Assembly: GCA_043228905.1 (NCBI GenBank)
Contig: JBHGNT010000014.1
Span: 10,106,001-10,170,000, forward strand
Reading direction: 5' to 3'
Length of the DNA stretch: 64,000 nucleotides
Source: Azolla caroliniana
Lineage: Eukaryota > Plantae > Polypodiophyta
Shown: positions 11,598 to 22,975 of the stretch, one piece after another
Numbering within the stretch: position 1 is the first letter of the stretch
Layout of the letters: each line of letters starts with the position of its first letter
Made by a program: the position numbers and the translations under genes
Notes under the pieces: generated by a model
Told to the model about the DNA's origin: nothing
The model's input: the letters and a program-made list of their open reading frames with translations, nothing else
The model's database searches: none

Positions 11598-12552
11598 CGA
11601 CGGAGAAGCTTGATTAGAGCAACTATGCATCATGGTCTTACAAGATGCACCAATATCTTCTTGGACACAGATACTAGAGTTATGTACACAAGGATTTCCC
11701 AACTTGGGAACAAGGAGCAAGCAAAGTTCTCTATTGCCTTGCATCCTGTATGCATGACCAGATGTTGGGTTCATTTGGGATTCCAAAACGTCGAACGAGG
11801 CTTGGGAAAATCTGAAAAAGATTTTCGCTACAAGTACCATGGCCCAAAAGTTGCAGCTCTAACAAGAGCTCAACAATATCCGGCAGAAGGATATGTCAGT
11901 GACCGACTACACCACCAAAATAAAGAAGATCTACAACGCCCTGGGATCCTTCAATTTGACGGTGGATGAGGACGAGATGGTATAGATCTACCTCAGTGGT
12001 CTAGCGCACAGGTACAGGACGATCCGGATGGCTATATGCACACAGGAGAAACCACCGCAGTTTTTCGACCTACAATCAATGCTTTTGGTGGAAGAAAACT
12101 ACGCAAGCGCGTGAAGGAGCACGCAATCTGATGGTGTCAGGAACAGTACTAAGACAGAGAAGGAATTAGTACTAAAAGAAGTATTAGTACTAAGAGAGGT
12201 GAAGAAAACTCGAGAGAAGGAAAGAGTGAGTGAGAGGGAGGGAGAGAGAGAGAGAGAGTGAGAGTGATGATAAGAAAAGATATATATTATGTGAAGAAAA
12301 TGTACAGTAGCTAGGAGGCTTAAGACTGGCGTTGAACCGATTTGGTTCGAAACAATGCCTTGTGCCTCCTTTTATAGTGTTCTAAGGAATACTCCTGAAG
12401 TTTCTAGAATGTTCCAGAGAAATTTGGAATATACATCAATTTTCTATAATAAAACATAAATGAAAATAATATTCTATGTATTACAATGTATAGTCTAATG
12501 GTCAAGAGCTCGACCCATGTATTATAAGGTCATGGGTTCGAGTCTTGCCATA

Positions 12553-15103
12553 TCATGACACTATCCCCCCTTTAAAACGACGAGTGTAACGAGTCGTTTT
12601 GGATTGAGGACCCGGTTTGTCTGGATATTGACGATGGAAGTCTTCAAGAAGAGCACGAGCATTGGTGACATTCTCTATCGGTTCCCAAGTACGCTCGCTG
12701 GGACTATATCCTAGCCAGTTGACTAGATAGTAGAGCTTGTTGCGAACGAGCTTGGAATCAAGGATGGCGGCAACCTCGTACTCAGGTCCATCTTCAAGCT
12801 CGATCGGGGGTGGAGGCTGTGTAATACGTCCTGGGATGGTGCTTTCTTGATAGGGTTCGAGGAGAGAACTATGAAACACCGGATGTATCCGAAGTTGTGG
12901 AGGTAGATCAAGACGAAAAGCAACATCATTAATCTTTCCAATAATACGGAAAGGACCTAATCACCGATAATCCAACTTCTCGCATGGGCGAGTAGTCTTG
13001 ATGTGTTGTCGGAGTAGCCATACCCAATCTCCAATGTTCAAACTAGATGGGAGTCGATGACGATCCGCATAAACCTTGTGTGTTTGTTGAGCTTGTTGGA
13101 GATGAGTAGATAAATCCGCTTGTATCTTGCGTAACCTCTCCAAACGATCCTCTGCGCAAGGATTTGTGGACACCTCTGAGGTTTCAAGTACACACCACCG
13201 GGGGTGACATCCCGTATAAGCATAAAATGGCGTAACTTTCGTGGATGCGTGGATAGAGTTGTTATAGGCAAATTCGGCGAAGTGGAGAATATCTGCCCAG
13301 TCATCCTGATGATAGCTGAGAAAGCACCGCAGATACTGCTCCAACGTTTGATTGGTTCGTTCGGCTTGGCCGTCAGTTTGTGGGTGGTAGCCGGAAAAGA
13401 GGTTACAAGTGACCTTGAGCATGTTAAAAAGGTGTTTCCAGAATTTTGACATGAACTGGGGTCCACGGTCGCTGATGACACTATCGGGAAGTCTATGATG
13501 CCGACATACTTCACGCATGACAATTTCGGTAGTGTCTTCACTGGAGATCTCCTTAGTACATGGCAAGAAATGAGCCATCTTCGTATATCGATCGACCACC
13601 ATTAGAATTGCATTGAACCCCTTAGAGACTGGAAGATCTGTGATGAAGTCTAGAGCAATGGATTGCCACGGCTTGCTTGGAATTGGTAATGGTTCTTGAA
13701 ACCATATGGATGATGCCTTGGCATTTTCGCTCTGCAACATGTATCACAAGTCCGAACAAAATCGTCGACAAATTGTCGCATACAGGGCCACCAGAATGAT
13801 TGTTGTACTAAATGTAGTGTTTTAGTACTACCAAAATGCCCAGCTGTATATGTGTCATGACAGTTTTGTACTACTCGAAGGTAGCAAGAACCATTAGGAA
13901 CATACAAAAGTTCTTTAAAGAAGAGTAATCCATCATGGTATTTGAATTGCCGATAGTCCGTACCTGGTGGTTGCGACTGTGAACACGACGCTCGAGAGGG
14001 ATCAATTTGTGCTAGTATAGCTTGGGCAAATGCATCTGTCTTCAAGTCTTCGCGTATGGTATCGATAACGCGGGAATCGATGGGCATGTCAAAGATATTT
14101 GTTGCTTGTAGTCGTGCCGGTCCCAAGATGACTTGTTTTTGGTTATCGAAAGCTGGCTCGCCGGGACGGGGTGCTAGATACGAACGTCGTGATAATGCAT
14201 CTGCCTTCCCTTGGTGCCTCCCCGGACGATATGTAATTTTGAAATCGAAACGCGTGAGGAAGTGGGCCCACCGAGCTTGACGTCGATTCAACACACGAGC
14301 ATCCTGAAAGTAGGCAAGGTTCTTGTGGTCACTAAATATGGTGACCGGATGAGAGGATCCCTCCAGAAAATGCCTCCATTGCATAAAAGAATCCACTATT
14401 GCCAATAGCTCCTTATCATGAATTTCGTAGTTGATTTCGGCGGCGTCAAACTTGCATGAGTGAAAAGCCACAGGATGTAGCTTCTCATCATTCCCCTGTT
14501 GTGACAGAATGCTCCCCAATGCAAAATCCGATGCGTCAGCTTCGATAATAAATGGTTTTTCCGGATCGACATGAGCTAGAATTGAAGCCGATGTAAATGC
14601 CTTTTTAAGACTATCGAAAGCCACGTCCGTTTCTTCAGACCAAATGAATGGTTGTCCCTTCCTGGTAAATTGTGTGAGAGGTAGAACGATCTTTGAGTAA
14701 TCTTGTATGAACTTCTGGTAAAAATTGGCAAAGCCTAGGAAGCATTGCACATCCCACACCGAACGTGGAGTCTGCCATTCTACCACCGTTTTGACCTTAG
14801 ATGGGTTCATGGAGATGCCTTCTGACGAAATGATGCAGCCGAGAAATTCCACTTGGTTGCACCCGAAACTACATTTTTCCAGCTTTGCATATAGACCATG
14901 TTCTCGAAGTCGTTTTAGTACTAATAGTACATGAGAATCATGTTCTTCTTGGGTCTTTGAATAAACCAGTAGATCATCCAAATAGATGATCAAACAATCA
15001 TCCAATAGATCTCGGAATATATCATTAGCCATGTGTTGGAAGACTGTCGGTGCATTAGTGACCCCGAACGGCATGACCGTATACTCGAAGTGCCCATATC
15101 TGG
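12553..15103 (-). pseudogene. pol: X pol 3' half (RT end, RNase H, integrase, chromodomain), frameshifted
   Basis: ORFs 13650-15074, 12961-13740 and 12553-12879; YLDD, EADASD, SDRG, YHPQTDGQAER, EYEVAAILD..WLGY..TWEP. Confidence 0.92.
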
Positions 15104-15525
15104 TGTCATGAACAGTACTGAGACAGAGAAGGAATTAGTACTAAACAAAGGATTAGTACTACAAGAGGTGTGGAACTTCTTCGAGAGAAGGAAGAAGTGA
15201 GTGAGACAGAGAGAAAGAGAGAGAGAGAGAGAGAGTGATGATAAGAAAGATATTTATTATATGAAGAGAATATACAACGGTGGCTAAAAGGCTTAAGACC
15301 GGCGTTGAACCAGTTGGGTTCAACATAATGCCTAGTGCCCTCTTTTATAGTGTTTTCAGGAGTAATCCTGAAGCTTCTAGAATGTTCCAGAGAAATCAGG
15401 AATATACACTAATTTCCTATAATAAAATGTAAATGAAAATAATATCTTACGTATTACAATATATGGTCTAATGGTCAAGAGCTCGACCCATATAACCTAA
15501 GGTCATGGGTTCGAGTCTTGCCATA

Positions 15526-18500
15526 TCATGACACTATCCCCCCTTTAAAACGACGAGTGTCACGAGTCGTCTTGGATTGAGGACCCGGTTTGTGTGGATA
15601 TTGACGATGGAAGTCTTCAAGAAGAGCACGAGCATTGGTTACATTCTCGATCCGTGCCCAAGTACGTTCGCTGGGACTATAGCCTAGCCAATCGACTAGA
15701 TACTAGAGCTTGTTGCGAACAATCTTGGAATCAAGGATGGCGGCAACCTCGTACTCCGGCCCATCTTCAACCTCGATCGGGGGTGGAGGTTGGATAAGAC
15801 GTTCTGGGAAAGTGCTCTCGTGGTAAGCGTTCGAAGAGAGAACTATGAAACACCGGATGTATCCGAAGTTGAGGAGGTAGATCGAGACGAAAAGCGACAT
15901 CATTAATCTTTCCAATAATACGGAAAGGACCTAATCGCCGATAATCCAACTTCTCACATGGGCGAGTAGTCTTGATGTGTCGTCATAGTAGCCACACCCG
16001 ATCTCCAATATTAAAACTAGATGGAAGTCGATGACGATCCGTGTAGACCTTGTGTGTTTGTTGAGCTTGCTGGAGATGAGTAGATAAATCCGCTTGTATC
16101 TTGCGTAACCGCTCCAAATGATCCTCCGCGCACGGATTTGTGGACACCTCTGGGGTTTCAAGTACACTCCACCGGGGGTGACATCCCGTATAAGCATAAA
16201 ATGGCGTAACTTTAGTGGATGCGTGCATAGAGTTGTTATAGGCAAATTCGGCGAAGTAGAGAATATCTGCCCAGTCGTCCTGATGATAGCTGAGAAAGCA
16301 CCGCAGATACTGCTCCAACGTTTGATTTGTTCGTTCAGCTTGGCCGTCAGTTTGTGGGTGGTAGCCGGAAGAGAGGTTACAAGTGACCTTGAGCATGTTA
16401 AAAAGGTGCTTCCAGAATTTTGACACGAACTGGGGTCCACGGTCGCTGATGATACTATCGGGGAGTCCATGATGCCGACATACTTCACGCATGACAATTT
16501 CGGCAGTGTCTTCACTGGAGATCTCCTTAGTACATGGCATGAAATGAGCCATCTTCGTATATCGATCGACCACCGTTAGAATCGCATTGAACCCCTTAGA
16601 GACTGGAAGATCTGTGATGAAGTCTAGAGCAATGGATTGCCACGGCTTGCTTGAATTGGTAATGGTTCTAATAAACCATATGGATGATGCCTTGGCATTT
16701 TCGCTCTGCAACATGTATCACAAGTCCGAACAAAATCCTCGACAAATTGTCGCATACAGGGCCACCAGAATGATCGTTGTACTAAATGTAATGTTTTAGT
16801 ACTACCAAAATGCCCAGTTGTATGTGTCATGACAGTTTTGTACTACTCGAAGGTAGCAAGAACCATTAGGAACATACAAAAGTTCTTCAAAGAAGAGTAA
16901 TCCATCATGGTATTTGAATTGCCGATAGTCCGTACCTGGTGGTTGCGACTGTGAACACGACGCTCGAGAGGGATCAATTTGTGCTAGTATAGCTTGGGCG
17001 AACGCATCTGTCTTCAAGTCTTCGCGTATGGTATCGATAACGCGGGAATCCATGGGCATGTCAAAGATATTTGTTGCTTGTAGTCGTGCCGGTCCCAAGA
17101 TGACTTGTTTTAGGTTATCGAATGCTGGCTCGCCGGGACGGGGTGCTAGATACGAACGTCGTGATAATGCATCTACCTTCCCTTGGTGCCTCCCCTGACG
17201 ATATGTAATTTTGAAGTCGAAACGCGTGAGGAAGTGGGCCCACCGAGCTTGACGTCGATTCAACACACGAGCATCCTGAAAGTAGGCAAGGTTCTTGTGG
17301 TCACTAAATACGGTGACCGAATGAGAGGATCCCTCCAGAAAATGCCTCCATTGCATAAAAGAATCCACTATTGCCAATAGCTCCTTATCATGAATTTCGT
17401 AGTTGATTTCGGCGGCGTCAAACTTGCGTGAGTGAAAAGCCATAGGATGTAGCTTCTCATCATTCCCCTGTTGTGACAGAATGCTCCGCAATGCAAAATC
17501 CGATGCGTCAGCTTCGATAATGAATGGTTTCTCCGTATCGACATGAGCTAGAATTGGAGCCGATGTAAATGCTTTTTTAAGACTCTCGAAAGCCATGTCC
17601 GTTTCTTTAGACCAGATGAACTGTTGTCCCTTCCTGGTAAGTTGTGTGAGAGGTAGAACGATCTTTGAGTAATCTTGTATGAACTTCCGGTAAAAATTGG
17701 CAAAGCCTAAGAAGCATTGCACATCCCGTACCGAACGCGGAGTCTGCCATTCTACCACCGTTTTGACCTTAGCTGGGTCCATGGAGATGCCTTCTGACGA
17801 AATGATGTAGCCGAGAAATTCTACTTGGTTGCACCCGAAACTACATTTTTCTAGCTTTGCATACAGACCATGTTCTCGAAGTCGTTTTAGTACTAATAGT
17901 ACATGAGAATCATGTTCTTCTTGGGTCTTTGAATAAACCAGTAGATCATCCAAATAGATGATCAAACAATCATCCAATAGATATCGGAATATATCATTAG
18001 CCATGTGCTGGAAGACTGCCGGCGCATTAGTGAGGCTGAACGGCATGACAGTATACTCGAAGTGCCCATATCTGGTGCGAAACGCGGTCTTCCATTCGTC
18101 TCCTGGTCGGATCTGTATGAGGTTATATGCTCCCCGTAAGTCGATCTTCGTGAAGAACCTGGCACCATTGATCCGTTCTAAAAGACTTGAGATAAGGGGA
18201 AGAGCATACCTATTCCTGATTGTAACCTTATTCAAGCCACGGTAATCTACAACGAGACGAAGCGATCCATCTTTTTTCTTGACGAAGAAAATGGGCGCAC
18301 CGGCTGGAGATTTCGAATGCCGTATGAAACCATTTTCCAAATTCTCCTCTATATAGGCCCGAAGGACTTCCAGCTCGGTTGGTGACAAATTGTAGATCGG
18401 TCCCCATGGCGGCTCTTTTTCCGGTTGTAAATCGATGGGGCAATCGTACGATCGATGATGAGGAAGTGTGTTGGCTTGTACTTTATCGAACACATCGGTG

Positions 18501-19081
18501 TAATGACGATACTTCTCGGGAAGTTAAACGGTGGATTCATCTTTAGTGGTGTTGGAGGGGTTTACTGATATTGCAAAGAGGAACATTTCCTCCTTGTGCC
18601 CTTCTTTACGCAACTGACGTAGCGAAATGGTTGCCATCTTCTGAGTTGACCCTTGGGTTTGTCGACACCGGATTTCTCTTGTTCTCCAATCTATGTCAGG
18701 GTTATGTAACTCGAACCACGGTAGTCCTAAAACTATAGGATGTTCTGGGATACTAATAATATTAAATGATACTACACATGCTAAGTTATCTAGGACAATA
18801 TTAATGGGCTCTGACTCTTCTAGGATATTTCCGGAAGCAATGGGACGTCCATCAATGACTACTCCAGAGGCTGGACACTGGAGTTTTCTTAGGGATATCT
18901 TATAAACTTGAGCAAATTTCTTATCCATAAAGCAAGAGTTAGCTCCGGAATCTAGGAGTGCTAGGACATGTACTGGAGGGGTACTTTTAGTACTAACTAT
19001 TACTTGGGCTACGAACACATCACTAACTTGCTTAGAGGGAATGGAACCACTAATGGGCTGCACAGATCTAGGGTTGTCCAA
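15526..19081 (-). pseudogene. pol: Y pol, with stops and frameshifts
   Basis: Fragments 18524-19081 (LLDSGA protease), 16802-18493 (RT/RNase H), 15983-16714 (integrase), and a chromodomain remnant. Confidence 0.92.
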
Positions 19082-19107
19082 CCAAACGGCTCCTATTTTG
19101 GATGGAC

Positions 19108-20259
19108 TTAGTCGTTTAACTCTTCTTCTAACTTACTAAGGACATCAAATTTGTTTGCTAGATCTGGGCTATTAGTACTATTAGGACTATCAGATATCCC
19201 TACTGAAATAGGCTCGGATTTAGTACAATTAGAACTAGCGATTATTTGGTTTACCTGTTTTCTTGGCCTATGGGGGCAATTTATTGTGATATGTCCTGGT
19301 CCACCGCAGTAAAGACATAGTCGATTTGTACGGCGTCGCTGCTTTTCTTCTTCGGATAATGGCCCTCGACGACGTGTAGTGTCAATCTCCATCGGAGTCA
19401 GAGTATTCGCTGGAGGCGTATTATATGACTCCCTCGGAAAAGGTCTTGCTACCACCGAGGCGTAGGTGGGCTTTGATCTTGCCCTCGGCATCTGTAGTTG
19501 TCGTTCCGAACGTCGCTCAAAGAGGCGGTTGTCACATCTCACCGCGCGACTGATTGCTTCTGTTAAGGACTTTGGCTCTTCAGGGAAGGTCAAGAGTAAA
19601 TCCTTGACGTCGTTGCGTAAACCATAATGGAATTGCTCCATCAATGCTTGATCATCCCAAGGGATATCAGCGGCGAGTAGGTGAAAAGCTGCAGCGTATG
19701 CGGAGGCTGGACGGTCACCTTGGCGTAATCGCCGGATTTTGTTGATTGCGGTCCTAATGCTGTCAGTATCTCCGAAACATGCTTTAAACTCACCTAGAAA
19801 CTCTTCAAAACTGTTGAGTAACGGAGATTCCTTTTCTAATAGTGGAGCGAACCATGACAACGATGAGCCACTTAACAAAGTGCCTACTAAACCCACTTGT
19901 GATGCATCGGTGGGATATCGGGAAGGATGCATTTGAATAACTAATCGTACTTGGTTAAGGAACCCTCTAAACTGCGATCGCGTTCCATCGAACTTCGTGG
20001 GAAGGCCAAGCTTAGGTTCTTTATGAATCCCTTGTGTTCCGGGCCCGTGTTGTTGCATCGCTACGATGGTGGCTTCGAGTTGTTGCACACGTAACGCTAG
20101 TTCCCCATGCTGTTGTTGCGTTTGCCGCTTTTCTAAGGAGATTTGCTGAAGATCCCCAAGCAACCGTTGGTTTTCTTGTTCGAAAGCATGGAACTTCTCC
20201 TTCAAGCATTGAAATTCCGAGAAAACAGATTGATATTCTTCAGCGCTAACAGTGGCCAT
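19108..20259 (-). CDS. gag: Y gag (PEG10/Sushi-like capsid plus CCHC knuckle)
   Basis: 383 aa open frame; PTKFDGTRSQFRGF; PMEID; CLYCGGPGHITINC. Confidence 0.9.
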   Translation of the reverse strand: MATVSAEEYQSVFSEFQCLKEKFHAFEQENQRLLGDLQQISLEKRQTQQQHGELALRVQQLEATIVAMQQHGPGTQGIHKEPKLGLPTKFDGTRSQFRGFLNQVRLVIQMHPSRYPTDASQVGLVGTLLSGSSLSWFAPLLEKESPLLNSFEEFLGEFKACFGDTDSIRTAINKIRRLRQGDRPASAYAAAFHLLAADIPWDDQALMEQFHYGLRNDVKDLLLTFPEEPKSLTEAISRAVRCDNRLFERRSERQLQMPRARSKPTYASVVARPFPRESYNTPPANTLTPMEIDTTRRRGPLSEEEKQRRRTNRLCLYCGGPGHITINCPHRPRKQVNQIIASSNCTKSEPISVGISDSPNSTNSPDLANKFDVLSKLEEELND

Positions 20260-20434
20260 GGGATGAAAGAAAAGAGGAATAAAAGATTAGTAGGAAATGA
20301 GAGAGACAGAAGGTAGGAAAATTGGTTCAAACTGTCATGAACAGTACTAAGACAGAGAAGGAATTAGTACTAAACGAAGGATTAGTACTACGAGAGGTGT
20401 GGAACTTCTTCGAGAGAAGGAAGAAGTGAGTGAG

Positions 20435-20494
<60 letters not shown>

Positions 20495-20784
20495 AGAAAG
20501 ATATTTATTATATGAAGAGAATATACAATGGCGGCTAAAAGGTTTAAGTCTGGCGTTGAACCAATTTGGTTCAACATAATGCCTAGTGCCCTCTTTTATA
20601 GTGTTTTCAGGAGTAATCCTGAAGCTTCTAGAATGTTCCAGAGAAATCTGGAATATACACTAATTTCCTATAATAAAATGTAAATGAAAATAATATCCTA
20701 CATATTACAATATATGGTCTAATGGTCAAGAGCTCGACCCATATAACCTAAGGTCATGGGTTCGAGTCTTGCCTTATCATGACA

Positions 20785-22975
20785 TCTGGTTCGAAACGCG
20801 GTCTTCCATTCGTCTCCTGGTCGGATCCGTACGAGGTTATATGCTCCCCGTAAGTCGATCTTCATGAAGAACCTGGCACCATTGATCCGTTCTAAAAGAC
20901 TTGAGATAAGGGGAAGAGCATACCTATTCCTGATTGTAACCTTATTCAGGCCACGGTAATCTACAACAAGACGAAGCGATCCATCCTTTTTCTTGACGAA
21001 GAAAATGGGCACACCGGCTAGAGATTTCGAATGCCGGATGAAACCATTTTCCAAATTCTCCTCTATATAGGCCCGAAGGACTTCTAACTCGGTTGGTGAC
21101 AAATTGTAGATCGGTCCCCATGGCGGCTCTTTTCCCGGTTGTAAATCGATGGGGCAATCGTACGGTCGATGATGAGCAAGTGTGTTGGCTTGTACTTTAT
21201 CGAACACATCGGCGTAATGACGATACTTCTAGGGAAGTTGAACGGTGGATCCTTCTTTAGTGGTGCTGGAGGGGTTTACTGATATTGCAAAGAGGAACAT
21301 TTCCTCCTTGTGCCCTTCTTTACACAACTGACGTAGCGAAATGGTTGCCATCTTCTGAGTTGACCCTTGGGTTTGTCGACACCGGATTTCTCTTGTTCTC
21401 CAATCTATGTCTGGGTTATGTAACTCGAACCACGATAATCCTAAAACTATGGGATGTTCTGGGATACTAATAATATTAAATGATACTACACATGCTAAGT
21501 TATCTAGGACAATATTAATGGGCTCTGACTCTTCTAGGATATTTCCGGAAGCAATAGGACGTCCATCAATGACTACTCCAGAGGCTGGACACTGGAGTTT
21601 TCTTAGGGATATCTTATGAGCTTGAGCAAATTTCTTATCCATAAAGCAAGAGTTAGGTTTGGAATCTAGGAGTGCTAGGACATGTACTGGAGGGGTACTT
21701 TTAGTACTAACTATTACTTGGGCTATGAACACATCACTAACTTGCTTAGAGGGAATGGAGCCACAAATGGGCTGCACAGATCTAGGGCTGTCCAACCAAA
21801 CGGCTCCTATTTTGGATGGACTTAGTCATTTAACTCTTCTTCTAACTGACAGTAAGGACATCAAATCTGTTTGCTAGATCTGGGCTATTAGTACTATTAG
21901 GACTATCAGATATCCCTACTGAAATAGGCTCAGATTTAGTACAATTAGAACTAGCGATTATTTGGTTTACCTGTCTTCTTGGCCTATGGGGGCAATTTAT
22001 TGTGATATGTCCTGGTCCACCGCAGTAAAGACATAGTCGATTTGTACGGCGTCGCTGCTTTTCTTCTTCGGATAATGGCCCTCGACGACGTGTAGTGTCA
22101 ATCTCCATCGGAGTCGGAGTATTCGCTGGAGGCGCATTATATGACTCCCTCAGAAAAGGTCTTGCTACCACTGAGGCGTAGGTGGGCTTTGATCTTGCCC
22201 TCGGCATCTGTAGTTGTCGTTCCGAACGTCGCTCAAAGAGGCGGTTGTCACATCTCACCGCGCGACTGATTGCTTCTGTTAAGGACTTTGGCTCTTCGGG
22301 GAAGGTCAAGAGTAAATCCTTGACGTCGTTGCGTAAACCATAACGGAATTGCTCCATCAACGCTTGATCATCCCAAGGGATATCGGTGGCGAGTAGGCGA
22401 AAATCTACAGCATATGCGGAGGCTGGACGGTCACCTTGGCGTAATCACCGAATTTTGTTGATTGCGGTCCTGATGCTGTCAGTATCTCCGAAACATGCTT
22501 TAAACTCACCTAGAAACTCTTCAAAATTGTTGAGTAACGGGGATTCCTTTTCTAATAGTGGAGCGAACCATGCCAACGCTGAGCCACTTAAGAAAGTGCC
22601 TACTAAACCCACTCGTGATGCATTGGTGGGATACCGGGAAGGATGCATTTGAATAACTAATCGTACCTGGTTAAGGAACCCTCTAAACTGCGATCGCGTT
22701 CCATCAAACTTTGTGGGAAGGCCAATCTTGGGTTCTTTATGAATCCCTTGTGTTCCGGGTCCTTGTTGTTGCATCGCTACGATGGTTGCTTCGAGTTGTT
22801 GCACGCGTAACGCAAGTTCCCCATGCTGTTGTTGCGTTTGCCGCTTTTCTAAGGAGATTTGCTGAAGATCCTCCAGCAACCGTTGGTTTTCTTGTTCCAA
22901 AGCATGGAACTTCTCTTTCAAGCATTGAAATTCCGAGAAAACAGATTGATATTCTTCAGCACTAACAGTGGCCAT
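20785..22975 (-). pseudogene. X gag and pol 5' half, with stops and frameshifts
   Basis: ORFs 22445-22975, 21842-22360, 21229-21795 and 20719-21207 are homologous to W gag/pol. Confidence 0.9.

Larger units (their letters stand above)
15104..20784 (-). mobile_element. Chromovirus copy Y, inserted into the RT of X in the same orientation
   Basis: LTRs 15104-15533 and 20333-20784; TSD TCTGG at 15099-15103 and 20785-20789; flanks rejoin as FRTR|YGHFEY. Confidence 0.95.

Noticed and set aside
20719-20790. Apparent internally deleted element (RT joined directly to an LTR)
   Set aside because: TSD TCTGG and continuation of RT at 15103 show it is the nested insertion of Y.
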